From: Sphaerodactylus townsendi
Lineage: Eukaryota
Length of the DNA: 64,000 nucleotides
Reading direction: 5' to 3'
Assembly (NCBI RefSeq): GCF_021028975.2
Contig: NC_059435.1
Span: 38,998,001-39,062,000, forward strand
The notes under the pieces: model-generated
Told to the model about the DNA's origin: nothing
The model's database searches: none
The model's input: only the letters and a program-made list of their open reading frames with translations
Shown here: piece after piece, positions 25,756 through 39,878 of the stretch
How positions within the stretch are numbered: position 1 is the stretch's first letter
How the letters are laid out: each line of letters opens with the position of its first letter
Translations under genes and position numbers: made by a program

Positions 25756-28538
25756 CTGTAAAGGAAGCATTAATGTTAGTTAGAATTACATTAGCTTCCC
25801 TTTGAAAAGAAAGAAAATCTACAAAAAAATACATTCCAGGACAAAATTACATTCCTTTCAAATAAAGCACCATATCCAATGATGGTTCTATAAAAATAAT
25901 AAAAATAACCTAAGTAGGATAGCAAGCAAAATATAACAGTGGGAAAATTTGTATATTTGTAATAACCCAAAATTGTTTACTAACATAAAATGGAAAATTG
26001 TTAAGGCTGAATTAACAAGGTTGCCAATCTCCATATAGGGGTCTGAAGTTCTCCTGGAATTACAACTCATTACAAATGTGCTGTGCAGAATCTACTGAAG
26101 AGAAGTATCATCGATATAATCCAATATCATGAATACAAAACCAGCACTTTTTACCTGGAAACTGAATATTATCAGAACAAGCATCAGGTGAATATATAAA
26201 GGAGGGAAATATCATAACCAGGTTACCACTACAGAAGTAGTCACTTACATCTCACTAGATGGGTCACTAAGGGTTTCTTCTTAGTGCATGTTTATATGAT
26301 GGCTGTGACAGACAGGAGGCTGTTCTGTCCCAAAGGGAAAAACAGCCATTCAACTAAGCCTATGGGAGAGCTGCTCCAGCACCCAATCACCTTTCAGAGG
26401 GGGGATTGGAATGTTTGCAGGAATTACAGCAGGAGATGGTTCAGATCTGCCTCTTGGAGAGTACAGTGATTGTTTTGGCCCTGTCTCAGTAAGAGAGGAA
26501 ACAAAAGGGCAGCTCTGCCTGGTAGTGTGGCCGAGTTGTTTAAATTCACCTCTGGAATGAGAACAGAGTACCCGATAGTTAGGCCTATCTCTGATAATGA
26601 GCAGACTTTGTACCATTTAGTTCGATTCTTAGGAAAAGGGTGGAACCCTGTGTGTGAGAGAGGATCCAACCTGTTGGCTAGTCAGTAAAAGCGTGTTTGT
26701 ATTTGAAAACATAAAAGAAAATTCAACCCATTCTCTAAGGTCATTACTAACTTAAATGTATGTGCCTCCATCTGGGCTGATTACACACAGCGATGTTCGA
26801 CTTCAAAGAGAATTGGCCAGGGAGTTTTTGTTTGGGGGCACATTTGGCATTATTACCCACCATCCTGTTTGCAGCAGGAGAGGCATTACCCATTAGCTAA
26901 CTTTTTGCTTGCATCTGTGGGGGGGAGGGGAGTGATTTTTGTATTGCACATGCCTGTTATAATTTTTAATATCATCTTTAATTTTTTATCTTTAGTCTTA
27001 TCAATAGATCCGTTTCTCAATCTATCGATAGATCGATACATTGACATAAAAAAGCAATCTATTAAAGAGAAGTCTTGAATACAGAATCTGTACACTTTGC
27101 CCTAACTCTGATTGTCTTCTATGGCGGGAAGTGAGGGGGCAGTAATGGCGGCATGCAAACTGAAAAACTACAAAAGGACAACATGAACTGCCATTTGCTA
27201 AGCTCCCCAGGTTCACAATTGTCTGTCTCCCGATGTGCTGTAAAACCAAGCATCAAGACCTGGTGTGGTTTGGAATCACTGATTGCTTGTGTACAAAACT
27301 ATGAGGTTAAAGATGTCCCAGTTTGTTGATCAAGTGCAGGGGCAAATCGCGTGTTTGGACTGATCGACTCGCCTTATTATTTTTGTATTTTTAAGTGTTA
27401 GTATCGATTTATCCATCTTTCGATATGGTTATTTAATTTTTTCCCAAATCCCACCCTCATCAGGCTCCACCCCCAAAATCTCCCAATATTTCTGAATCTG
27501 AAGCTGGCAACCTGCTTATCTCTCACAGTTTTAAAGCAGAGGTCCATCCTTCATCTGTCTGTGGAAGATGGATTAGAACCTTTAGAATATTTCTACTGAT
27601 TGAAGGGATTTCCATCACTGGAGTGGATGTTCTTCCTTTTCTGTCACTGCAGCAGCAAATTCTCTGCAAAAACACTGCTCCAGAGGGCTGGGAGACCCCA
27701 GGAACAGCACGAGAGGTCTGCAGCAGGAGGGAGGAAATTATAGGCAACCCTCCATTTTCAGCTGTGGAAATCATCTTCAGGATCCAATCTTCTTGAAAGA
27801 ATATGAGCAATGTTTGTCCTTGTAATAGTCACAATCTTCATGTCACAAAATTATAGTTCAATCTGAAGATTGCAGTTGCACGTAAGCTTAGGAAATGCTG
27901 ATATACATGATGGTTTTTTGAGGAGAGATTCTTGCAAGCCAAAGTGATGCCACCCATTAATCTAAAAATAGTTGTTTGATATCATCAAGTAAATTAGTTC
28001 TGTGCCTTTAACTAAATCTATTTGGCTCACTAGACTCAGTCAGACAGAAACTACCACATAATGCATTATTGTTCAGTGAAATCTAGACAAACCCAGTCAG
28101 CTGTACTTAAGATACTCCCTTTATTGTTTAGTGTTCTCACTAAACATTTCCTGTGTAGTTAAAAACTTGTTTGTCTGCTTAGAGTTAAATATTGGTAACC
28201 TAATGAAGCAGAACGTTAAGCTCTGGACTAAACAAACAGACTTTTTCACAGACCAAAACCTTAAAATAATATGAAAAAAATCAATGATGCATATTATATT
28301 TGAATTTGCAACTGTTCCATAAGTTCTTACGAAGCAAGCCATCAGACTTTTTTTTTTAGAAAAAGACTTCCCCTTTGCCTTGTTTCCAGCATGCTAATGG
28401 GAGGGAGAACATATAACACATAGTATAATATAAGAAGATATCTCTTGTTACATTGAGGCTCGCTTGCAGGTAAAAGCTCATTTGGACTTTGTGCAGAAAT
28501 CTGTTGCAATGTTAGGATTCAATCTCAAAGTATGTGAC

Positions 28539-29620
28539 TAAGCTTGACCAATGCTGAAAAAATTTGGTTAAATTCGGATTTGGTTTTATTTGACTTTAAA
28601 ATTATTATTAAAGCCCCAAAGCTAAATATCTGATTTGATAAACCCAAATATTTTCGGATTTTCTGAAAAAATCCAAAAAAATACAGGTCCATTCGAATGT
28701 TTAGGTATTTTTGTGTTTTATGGTTTTTGGCCTATAGGGGGCGCATTTTAAGCTAGCAATGCCACACTTGCAGGGTGTCTTCAGAAGAATCTCCGGATGA
28801 TACCACCAAGGTTTAGTGAAGTTTGGTTCAGGGGGTGCAATTTTATGGACTCCCAAAAGGGCTGCTAATAGGAAATAGAGCAACCCCTTTGAGGGTCCAT
28901 AAAATTGCACTGCCTGAACCAAACTTCACCAAACCTGGGTTATCATCAAGAAAGTCTCTTGGAGACACCCTGCAAGTTTGGTGCTGCTATCTTAACAATA
29001 CACCCCTGACAGTCACCCCTAGACATTTCCCCAGATTCTCCTTTTGAACTGACCTGGTTCCATTTCAGCCAATGGGACATTTCTGGTGTATGCAAGCATG
29101 CTGCACATTTTTCAAGGTGAAGGCACCAAACCTTCAGCTTCAGGAGACCCTCCTGGTAAGACCACCAAGGTTTAGTGAACTTTGCTTCAAGGGGCAGTGG
29201 GAGATGGGCCCCGCTACTTTGAGGGTCCATAAAATTGGTCCCTCTGAAGCAAAGTTCATCAAACCTGGGTGCTTTTACCAGAAAGGTTTCCTGAAGCCAC
29301 CCTTAAAGTTTAGTGCTTCTATCTTGAACAAGTTTAGTGCTTCTACCTTGAACCCCACTTACACCCCCCCCCCCGAAATGACCCATTGGCTGCATTGGAG
29401 TCATATCAGATCAAAGAATCTGCCAGTCAAGTTAGTTAACTTTAAAGGGAGTTCAAGGTAGCTAGTTGGTTTCAAAAGTTCCTGTTAAAGTTTAAATCCC
29501 CCAATGCAGAATGCAAAATATCTAATTGTCATTCAACATTCTGAGCTATTCGGATCGGCTTTTATCAGCCCTGTTTTTTCGGTATTTTTAAAATTTGGAT
29601 ATACTGAATCACCAAGCCTA
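28539..29620. mobile_element. ~1.1-kb non-autonomous hAT-like element with internal inverted repeat units
   Basis: TSD TATGTGAC/TACGTGAC (one CpG-type change). Termini TAAGCTTG...CAAGCCTA. Subterminal ttcgga/ccga-type motifs, and internal units accaccaaggtttagtgaa.ttt...gagggtccataaaattg in both orientations. Confidence 0.75.
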
Positions 29621-30256
29621 TACGTGACATTACAGAAATAAAAAGTGCCAATTAATATTAAAAATGTATAATTTCTGCTTCTCTGCTATTGCACTAATTT
29701 TCGATTATAACAGAAGGCATTGCTTTGAATAATCTGCTCTGCTAATGCAATGTGATTGATTTTGTGGGATAAAAATTATGGGAATAGTTTTGGCTTACTA
29801 TATATTTTTTATTTTATTTATGAAAATATATATCTTGTTTTGTAAAAATGCCAAGGCAGCAAGATTACTTAAGTTTAAGACCAAGTCATTACAAAAATTT
29901 ATTACTAGACAGCATTCAAAAGTTAAAATGAGCACAAGCCCAGCTTTTCCCTTCCTATGCAAAAAATCCCAGTTAAAAACTGATTCTGCTTACCCATAAC
30001 ATATGAATGCAGGTTTGCTGAGTAATCATAGTTAGTTTTTTACTCTGGTCAACCCTCCTATCTGTATTTGCAAATCACAGATAACTGAAGTCATTTTTAA
30101 CTGTGCAAGAAGGGAAAGGCACCTACTTGTGCCTGGCAACAAATTAAGTTCAGAAGCACTGTTATATGATTGAGGTTAAGTATAATGTCTGAAAGCTGGC
30201 AAATCTATTGGCAAATGGCAGGCTATGTTTATTGCCAAAAGCTAGAGTACACCAAG

Positions 30257-30387
30257 CAGTGGTGTAGCGCCAACGGAGCAGGGAGTTATTTGCCCTGGGT
30301 GCGGGGGCGTGGTGGGGGCATGGCGCTGTGGCAGGGGCGGAGGGCACGTGCATGCCCCGGGTGCAGTTCCCCCTCACTTCACCCCTG
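30257..30387. mobile_element. Short non-autonomous hAT element
   Basis: Perfect 8-bp TSD ACACCAAG. Termini CAGTGGTGTAG...CTTCACCCCTG. Confidence 0.75.
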
Positions 30388-30801
30388 ACACCAAGGGCCA
30401 TAAAGAGAAAGTTAGTACTGACAAGAAACAGGGGCAAGATTAGGACTTGCAGTGCTGGGCTGTTGATTCACTTGATGGACTATGATGGAGTTTGATCAGT
30501 GTTTGCAAGCTGTTCATTCTCAAAATGAAGCTGGCATTTCCTGTAGCAAAAGGTAGCACTTTCTTCCCCTAATCCCAGTCCTAACCTGACCAAGCAGTCA
30601 TAAAAATAAAACAATTAAGTAAAACTGCCTTCATTTTGAGTGAAATGTCCTTTTTGGGGTGTGGTTTTTTTGCCATTTTAAACCATGCATTTCTCATGCT
30701 GCCCAGTTATTATGTACAAAGTTTTAACTTTTTTTGCCAATTTTGGCAAAAAAGTATATTATATCCTGTTATATCACTCATCAAAATATTTAACATTATT
30801 A

Positions 30802-30951
<150 letters not shown>

Positions 30952-32208
30952 TCAGTGTCATCAGGAGGCAGATGATTTGACAGATGGAACAACAAGAAGA
31001 AAGAAATAAACAACAAAGGCTCAGTTCAGAGAAAGTCTTCTTCATGCACAGCCAGTTGTATCCCAAAAGCTGTGGGTAGTAAGCCCAGGGAAAACAGAAT
31101 TGGGACTTGTGCTTCTCTTTATTTCACAGAACCAAGACATTGAAATAAAATCTATAAACTTCACCCTTAATGGATTTACTGTTTCATATATGCTGGGTAA
31201 GAGCACTAATTTTCATCTCATGCTAAATACCTAGTACGGAAATAATTCCATTGAATTTTAGAGGAACTTAGATATGTAATCACAAATGGCCATGTCTGTA
31301 CATAGTGATGACTTAGAAGGTGATGAGGTTAGGACTTGTTCCAGGTCCTATACCCTTTCCCCATTGTTGACAACTGCCTGTGAAGCTTTGCGCTATCTAC
31401 CCTTCTCGTCACATGCACAACCCACACGCTGTTCCCCCCGTGACATTAGGCAGCATGTGCTGGTGGGAGCATGAGTGGTAAGATTTGCAAGTGGGTGGGG
31501 AGAGGGTTTGCAGGCAGCAGGCCAGACATGCTTGTGGCAGTGGCTATGGGCCCTAGGAGAAGCTGTGGGCCTTGGCAGCTGCCCCATCTTAGTGTATGCT
31601 GATGTCAGCCCTGAGTGATACATACACTTGTGTACATCTGCTCACACATGGTTTAGTCAGCTTGTCTTGGATGCTTATGGTGGCGTGGGAGATATCTGGT
31701 AGAGTAGGCTGTTGCACTTTAGAGTGTGGGTTGGGAACATTGTTTTCAAAATGATTTTCTGTATAATAACATTCTAAATAAAAATGCCTAAGATTTCTGA
31801 GAGAGAGAGAACCAACCTCTTCCTATTGCACACATTTTCTATGGATAGTGTATTCTGTAGCTGGTATTCAATAAGTGATCGGTCAGCTGCAGTCTGAAGT
31901 GATACTATCCAGTTGACCACTCCAGGATTCGATGCCCCATTTGGTGGCTACTTCCAGTCTCTTTGATGGGACCAATGTCCAGACAATCCCGGCTGTGCAT
32001 TCTTATAGAACAGAACTAGATGGCTCTGTACATAGGATTCTGGATGACAGCCACTATCTGTTTCAGATTGTAGTACCAGCCTACAGACAGTACTGAAAAG
32101 TCTTACTTACAGAAACAAACAACTCATTGAATCATAGAAAACCATTCCGTTGCACTACATTAAAGGCAAAACAAAAGAGTATGATCCTGGGCCTTTTATC
32201 AGAAGATT

Positions 32209-32655
32209 AGAAAAAGAATACAAGAGTTTGGATTTATACCCCTCCTTTCTCTCCTGTAAGGAGACTCAAAGCAGCTTATGAACGCCTTTCCCTTCCTGTC
32301 CCCCACAACAAATACCTTGGCGCCTTCCGCACATGCAAAATAATGCGCTTTCAAACCACTTTCACAACTGTTTGCAAGTGGATTTTGCTATTCCGCACAG
32401 CTTCAAAGAGCACTGAAAGCAGTTTGAAAGTGCATTATTCTGCATGTGTGGAATGAGCCCTTGTGAGGTAGGTGGGGCTGAGAGAGTGCTGAGAAAATTG
32501 TGACTATCCCAAGGTCACATAGCAAGAACGTAGGAGTGGGGAAACAAATCTGGCGCATCAGATAACAGCCCACTGCTCAGGTGGAGGAGTGGGAATCAAA
32601 CCTGGTTCTCCAGATTAGAGTCCACCTGTTCTTAACCACTGCACCATGCTGGCTC
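32209..32655 (-). mobile_element. Squam3-like SINE interrupted by a MITE
   Basis: Reverse-orientation homolog of the 18223 SINE. It is contiguous once 32319-32459 is removed. Confidence 0.8.
32319..32459. mobile_element. ~140-bp Harbinger-like MITE nested in a SINE
   Basis: 3-bp TSD CTT. Nearly identical to 54603-54743. Confidence 0.85.
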
Positions 32656-34371
32656 ATGAAAAGAATCTGATAATTTCCCTATAGTTTCTAAGACTGCAAC
32701 ATTTGCTTGAGAGGAAGTTGCGCCGTGTAAAATACTATTTACTTCTGAGTACTACTTTCAAATCATGCTATTTCCTGATGCCAAGTGCTGTTAGTGTAAT
32801 AAGTTGTTGTTTTAGGCACAACCGTTGGGAAAAATCTGAATTGGTTCCAGTCAATATTTATGAAAATATGTTGACACATTTTGAACCCAGTATCTTCCAC
32901 AGATGCAGAGTTACCAGCTCTGGCTTGGGTAATTCCTGAACCTTTTTTTTTTTTTTTTTTGGGGGGGGGGGGGATGGAGAAGACAGAATCTGAGGAGAGA
33001 AGGGAGCTCAGTGATAATGCAATGCCATGGAGTTTGCTCCCCAAACCTATCATTTACTCTAGGAAACAGCTCTCTGTTCATGGGAGATCAGTTGTAATTC
33101 CTAGAGAACTCCACCTGGAGGTTTAGCAACCTTATTGCAAGAACATAATCCTCTTCTTTATAAAGTTTACATATCCAGAGACCAAGTCTGTCTTGGAATA
33201 AACATTAATTCCTTCAGGGTTTGAAACACTTTGAAATTCTTTCATAACTAAGGAGTTGTAACTTTAAAATACATCGTGTGTGTGTGTGTTTATTTATTGG
33301 CATCATTTGCTGCATTACATAAAAACAATATTTGACCTTATATGCCTTACACATAAGTTCGAATACTGAATTATTTGTAATGAAGTACAATTACGATGTG
33401 ACTGTTACGTGAGTTTTTATATGACTGCCTCCCTCTCTCCCCCAACACTCACACTGCAATCACTAAGACAGAGTCAAGGGGATTATTGTAATCTTGATCC
33501 AAAAGGAATAATGAGAGGTTTGTGTATGCATTCCCAGCAATGGTTGAGCAATTATCTGATTTTTGCATGTTTGAATCAGCTACAGGCACAGGCAAACTAT
33601 TTCTGTTTCCTTATCCTCCCCAAGTTAAATAAATAAACTTGTTTTATACAGGCCACAAAATTTAAACAGATCCTTATTCAAGAAAAATACAGTAAGTGGC
33701 ATTTTTCTACAAATCTCAGTGTAAGCAATGTTATGGCCAAGTCTGATGAGGACAGATGCCATGTCTGTTCTGCAGACTGTAATACCTGCATTGATGAAAC
33801 CAATAATTCTGACATCTTTTGAGATTTAGAATATGAGCAGTTTTTGAAAAGTGTGCAGAGCAATCACGTAGAGCTATTTCAGACCATTGAGGTCAATGAG
33901 TAGCTTGCCAACCTCCACCTGGTGCCTGGAGATCTCTTGGAATCACAACGGACCTCTGGATGACAGAGATCTGTCCCCCTGGAGAAAATGGAGGGTGGAT
34001 GTTATGGCATTATACTGGGCTAACAGCCCCATTGAGAGGGACCCTCCAAAAGGGCTTGGCGAGTGATGCAACCTTGAGCAACATGGACACTTACCCTAGA
34101 AGGAGGCCGATGTACCAGCAACTGCCTGTCCATCAGCCCTGCTGCTGCAAAAACTGGAAGTTCCTGCCATGGTGGAGCTGAGTTGGAATCTGGAATGTAT
34201 GCCGGGCTGGGGACAGGATGGACTGAGCCATTCCTTGCAACCGAGCAGATGATAGTTGGCTCCCACCAAGGGTTTAGGGCCAGGAGTGCAGCACCCCAGC
34301 CCTCAGACATACACCATCCTTTGTGTGGCATAAGCACTGTAAGCCCTATGGAGGGCTTTCCAGCGGTGTTA

Positions 34372-34373
<2 letters not shown>

Positions 34374-34401
<28 letters not shown>
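34374..34401. repeat. (GT)n microsatellite
   Basis: About 14 uninterrupted GT units. Confidence 0.9.
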
Positions 34402-34405
<4 letters not shown>

Positions 34406-36163
34406 GCTCCCAATGCTGCTAGAAAGCCTTCTTCAAGGTGGTAGGGGAGCACCCCAGTTGTGCTGCATCCCATTGTCAAGGGCTTTGGATGGCGCTGCCT
34501 GATACCTCCCTGCGCAGGATCCATCCCAAATCTCCAGGAATGGACTGGGGTAACTGTGCATAGAATTGCACTATTAATCTTTTATATTTTGAATTGGTAT
34601 AATACAGATTTATGCCCAGAGTCAACAAGTCCCTACTTGCTCTAAAGGAAGATTCTTTAACTCCTGCAAGATTTGTTTCTCTGGAATGATATCCTTGCCT
34701 TAGAGGCCATCCATCTCATAATGAACTTGTTTGGTATCAAAAGTCTGATGCAGTTCTGCAGTTAGATACAAATTAAACTTTTATGGATATAATTCAACAG
34801 TTAATTGCACAAACCTATTGAGAGTCAGTCCTACTGACATTTAAAGAAAACCTTCTAGTTAGGAAAATTGGAACCTATTTCCAAAAGTGCGGATTTCAAT
34901 TTGCCAAATGTGATTTTTGATTTCACAAGCCTACAAAGAAAGTTGTGGGATAATGGGCTTCCAAAGTAGGGAAGAAAGAGACAAATAGACAGGAGTGTCA
35001 TAAATGAGATAAAACATTCACCTTAATAATGTTTATCCTACCACTGAATGGCAAACTGAATGCTTTCCATTATACACTCTGATGATTAGATAATAGACAG
35101 TTATTAGATAACATACAGATAATATATATTAGATAACATACAGTTATCTTATAGCACCATCCTAAGAAGAGTTACCCACATCTAAGCTTTTAGCGGACTT
35201 GATGGAACGGTAAATATATATTTACTATCTTTTAAAATCGATATTACAATTGTTATTCTTGGTTTGGATTGAGATCCATTGGGAAACCTGTTCTTTTTGA
35301 TATTGTCGAATCATGTGTGCTATATGGTTGAGGCCTCTGATCTGGCAGAAAGTTATCAGATAAATCTTTGCCATGTTGTTGTTCACAATTAAGGCAGAAA
35401 TAGAAGATAAACTAAAAATAAAAAGGAGGTAATCTGATGAATGCCATGACCCGGATAGTCCAGGATCTCACCATACCTCTGTTGATAAGTAGTGCTGACC
35501 CTAGCAAGTATTCGGATGAGAGATCCCTAAGGAGATGTGATGTGGAGGCAGGTAATGGCAAACCCCTCTGATCATCTCTTGCCTTGAAAACCCTCTTGGG
35601 TCCCCATACATCAGTTGTGACATGATGGAAAAATGTGAAAATAAACACCGGGGTGCAGGGGCATCTTTTCTATGAAGTGAGCTGTGGACATATTTAGTGA
35701 AACAAAGCAGACAACTCCTTCATCTACAGATAAGAACTAGCACAGAACACCAAACTGTGAAAGCTTAAACATTGGTAAGTTCTGTCACTTGAAATGGGTT
35801 TTTTTTAAGTTGTAGTACTTTTCTCTCTCTCCTTTACCATCTTTGCATTGTGGACCTCTTCTAACCATTCAGGTATATAAATACCCATTTTGGATCATAT
35901 TTACTAACTGCAATAGTCTTTTGAAGGAAATGAATTTATCATGTGCAAAAATCCAGTTGTCCATATATATGCACCAAGCTTTGCCAACCCTTCAAATGTA
36001 TCCACTGAGATCTCTTACCCCGCTCCCCATGACATTGAAAGATACAAAATGAACCTGTATATGTTTACTTTTGTATATGCATTTGACTCATTCTATCTCT
36101 ATAAAAGGTTTCCCTGTGTATGAACAAATGTTTATCTGTACACAAAAGCATTCCTAGATTAGG

Positions 36164-36268
36164 GCATTAGATTATTTAATCTAATGCTTGAAAATTAGAT
36201 TAATTAGATTATTTAATCTAATGCTTGAAAATTAGATTAATTGGATTATTTAATCTAATGCTTGAAAA
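36164..36268. repeat. 37-bp tandem repeat (~2.8 copies) built on a palindrome
   Basis: Units start at 36166, 36203 and 36240. The first contains GCATTAGATTA-tt-TAATCTAATGC. Confidence 0.9.
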
Positions 36269-36519
36269 ATATGACACATGAGTGTGAACATTTTACCATC
36301 CAATCTCTGCTTTGTAGTTATATATCTATTTACTTGAAAATGGAAATATTTGTGGCTGATTCATACTACCTATATATCACTTTAAGTATTGCTTTATGAT
36401 TTATCACTCACTCATGATTTACAACTGAATAAGTGAATATCTCTACTACTGTCTGCAATGCCATGCTATATGTAAACTGTATTGGAAGAGGGTTGATCTT
36501 TGATGCTGGTTTCATCAAA

Positions 36520-36858
36520 GAGCCAGTGTGGTGTAGTGGTTAAGAGCACTAGACTTTAATCTGGGGAACTGGATTTGATCCCCATTCCTCTACATGAAAG
36601 GGTACAAACTCCCCCAAGCATGTTTTCTCCCCATGACAGCAAGTACTTTAGTCTGATGATACAATGGATAAGTATTTCCCCACTCCTACACATGAAGGCT
36701 GCTAGGTGACCTTGGATTAGTCAAAGTTCTCTCAGAATTATCTCAGCCCCACCTACCTCACAAGGTGCCAGTTGTGGGGAGAGGAAGGAAAGGAGTTTGT
36801 AAGCTGCTTTGAAACTCCTTACAGTTGAGAAAAGCAGGGTATACATCCAAACTCTTCT
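36520..36858 (+). mobile_element. Squam3-like SINE with an internal 78-bp insert
   Basis: tRNA-like head gagccagtgtggtgtagtggttaagagc, conserved core and atccaaactcttct tail. Confidence 0.8.
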
Positions 36859-38690
36859 ACAAAAGCCATGAGGGGAAGAAGCTGTACTATAGAGGGAAAC
36901 ATGGCAAGACTAGGTGAAAAAGCTGGCTGTATGCCAGCACAGCTACTCATGTGTTGCAAGTTTTTTTTAAAAGAGAAGTGTCTTTGCAAAGGTGCGAAAG
37001 GAACCTGGACTGCTTCCGTGGGCTCCGATCATTACCTGCATGGCACAAATGTGATCAGGAAAAAGGAAAACGGGTTCCTTTATAATGACTGCAATCCACT
37101 ATACATTTGATATGCGGAATCCAAAAGTGATGACTAAGGTGGTTAAATTCATGGAAGATAGTAGCCTGGTGAAGAAAAGGAACTTTCATATGCAGAGGTA
37201 GAAAATCTATAGGACTACAGATTAGGGGAAGGCCTTTGCTTCTATGTCATTTGTGTTGGCCCTCCAGGCAATTGGATGACCACAGTTAGAAACAGGATGA
37301 TGGACTTGATGGACCACAGGTCTGATCCTACTGGGCTGTTCTTATGTTCTTATAGAACATGCTATATAGCAGCACATTTGTAAGTAAACACAGTTGAATA
37401 GTCTTCCACACCAGTCCATTTTGGCTATAATTTTTAATTTCAACCATTTAATTATTGGTTCAACTAATCCAACTAATCCAAGAAGCACCATTTCAGATAA
37501 ACCCTTAGTTTTAGGTAGCCTTTTTGATTTTCCATCCACTCACTGAATAGATTTTCACAGATAAGTCCATATATATATACCCAACTTTTTTTAAATCAGA
37601 GACTAGCAGCATTCTTTCAGAATAGCTTCTGCATTTCTGAATTTGTGGCATCAGATGGGAAATGGTCATGTTCAGAACTGTCTTAAATAAGAGCAGTTGT
37701 ATCATGTTAATTTTCGGAGTCAATTAGAATTAAATCTATAACTCATATTCTTAAACTGTAGGGAAATAATTACTGTTTGCTGTTAATGCAGGAAAACAGC
37801 AAGAATAATTGGCAACAGTTGCATAAATAATCTGCTACAAATTACTACTGTATGTGACATCACAAACAGGCCCAAAATATCCTAGTGATTAGTGTAGAAC
37901 CATTTAAGAAGATTAGGAAATACTACAGTTTTAATAGTAAACTCAAATACATTTAATGTTTATAACCATTTGGCTGGTAACGCTAAACATTCTGAGAATC
38001 TAAAGCTTGAAACTGATTATGGGCACACATTTTCCATCATTTAATCAATCAAATGTCAAATATTTACTTGTACCTATGAAGAGGAGGAGGAGTTTGGATT
38101 TATAGAACAAAAGTTTGGGAATCAAATCTAGTTCTCCAGATTAGAGTCCACTGCTCTTGACCACTACACCACACTGGTTCTGTGTGGTCAACCAGCTGCC
38201 TGAAGGGTCAATAATGAAATAGAAGCATGTTGGTCCCATAATGCTCAGTATAGCCTTTATGGGTGGTTGCAGAGGATCCCTCTTTCACCAGCAGAATAGC
38301 TAGTTGAATACAATCCCCAAGTTCTACAGGTGTGCAGTAGTAGTTGCAAATGTCTTTGGATTCTAGCCTGCTTGTCTATCCATCTCAGAAAGAACAGAAG
38401 TGAAACAAGATTTAACTGTGTGTCTGTAGCCTTCTTTGAACTGTAGGATTCATAGCAAGCAGAGCCATATCCCACCATTCTTATTCTAATCCTGGGCCCT
38501 TCAGGTAATAAAATAGATGCATAATCCTTTCCTGGTTTTTGCAAATGCATTTGAATAAATTAAAGTAGTGATTATTTAACTGAAAGAATTTAAATCCAAC
38601 ATGAAGCCCAAATGAACACAGCAACACAGTTCCCATATAATATTGTTATCAAAATGAGCCTTGGAAATGGTCCAGCTTGTACACTTATAA

Positions 38691-38772
38691 TGCAATTCTA
38701 TACTTAGTTACTCCAGTTTGAACCCATTAAAATCAATGAGCTTAGATTGAAGGAACTCTTTTTAGGATTGCA
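38691..38772. mobile_element. ~80-bp palindromic mini-element (gcaatccta...taggattgc family)
   Basis: Imperfect fold-back tgcaattcta...ttaggattgca. Similar degenerate copies occur near 830, 20938, 42600 and 51225. Confidence 0.55.
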
Positions 38773-39878
38773 TTCTTAATTTATCCTCCTGGATTAATTT
38801 GCATCTCAGAAATTAATCATTTCTGCTTTTATGGCACACCATAGTCTGTAGTTACAGTTGACCTACAAATGGTTTGTTGTTTACCTTACCAACCAGAATT
38901 TTAAATCACTGTTTAATCCTTGTTTATAATCCTGGTTTGCAGGTTTGGAAGGAAAGGAACAAATCATTGTGCGTTCATCCAAACAAGGATTCCAAACCAG
39001 TTTGTGATGTCATCAAATGAAAAAAAGTCATCTATCACAAAAGCAGAACATATTAATTTCCATGACTTTCATGAGGGGAATAGGAAGGAGGAAGGAGTGA
39101 CTTGGGTTTTCCTAGCCTTGTTCCTGTATTGGCAAACAATGATTTGATAAGTGATGGTTCGGCTTCCCATATTACATCATACTTTTGGTCCAGCCTTTTT
39201 CATTCTGGATAATCTGTTCCCTTTTGCAGGACCATGATTTCAGTAGTGTCTCATACCATATGTGAACTGTGTGATGGATGGATTTAATACTTTGATTTAG
39301 ATGAAAGTCCCAATTTAATCTTTTCAAAAGCATTGGATTCATTATGTAAGGTCTGCTGGTGTCAGAACATGAACTAAAAGCAAGTCCAAAGACAGTCAAA
39401 CCAAAATGTTGTGAACAAACCATTTGTTTTAAAAGTCTGAAACATGGAATGCAGAAGACTTAGATTTGTTTTGACTAGACTTGTACACTGGACTTCTTTC
39501 TTATTTTTTTATAGTCAGTCAAGATCAGATTCTATATTTAGTTATTTTTAGAAATGTGACCTTTGAGCCACTTCGTCTCAAGAGGGGGTAGATTTCCAAG
39601 AATTTTTTTAAATGTGCATTTTTTTTGTTGACTAGCACATGCCATACATTCTGATGAGCACTATGTAATAAACTCTCACCCCCCATATGCTTTTATTTAT
39701 ATAGCACACTATTTTTAACATCTTCCAAAACAAATGGCCAAAACACCTCTTTGTATTCCTACAAAGTAACAAGATTATTTTTTGCTAACTTTCCTATCAG
39801 AATGATCAAAAGTGAACTCTTTAAAGTTCTGTTTTTACCATTTATTCCTTATTGTATCCACAAATGCATGGTACTGGT

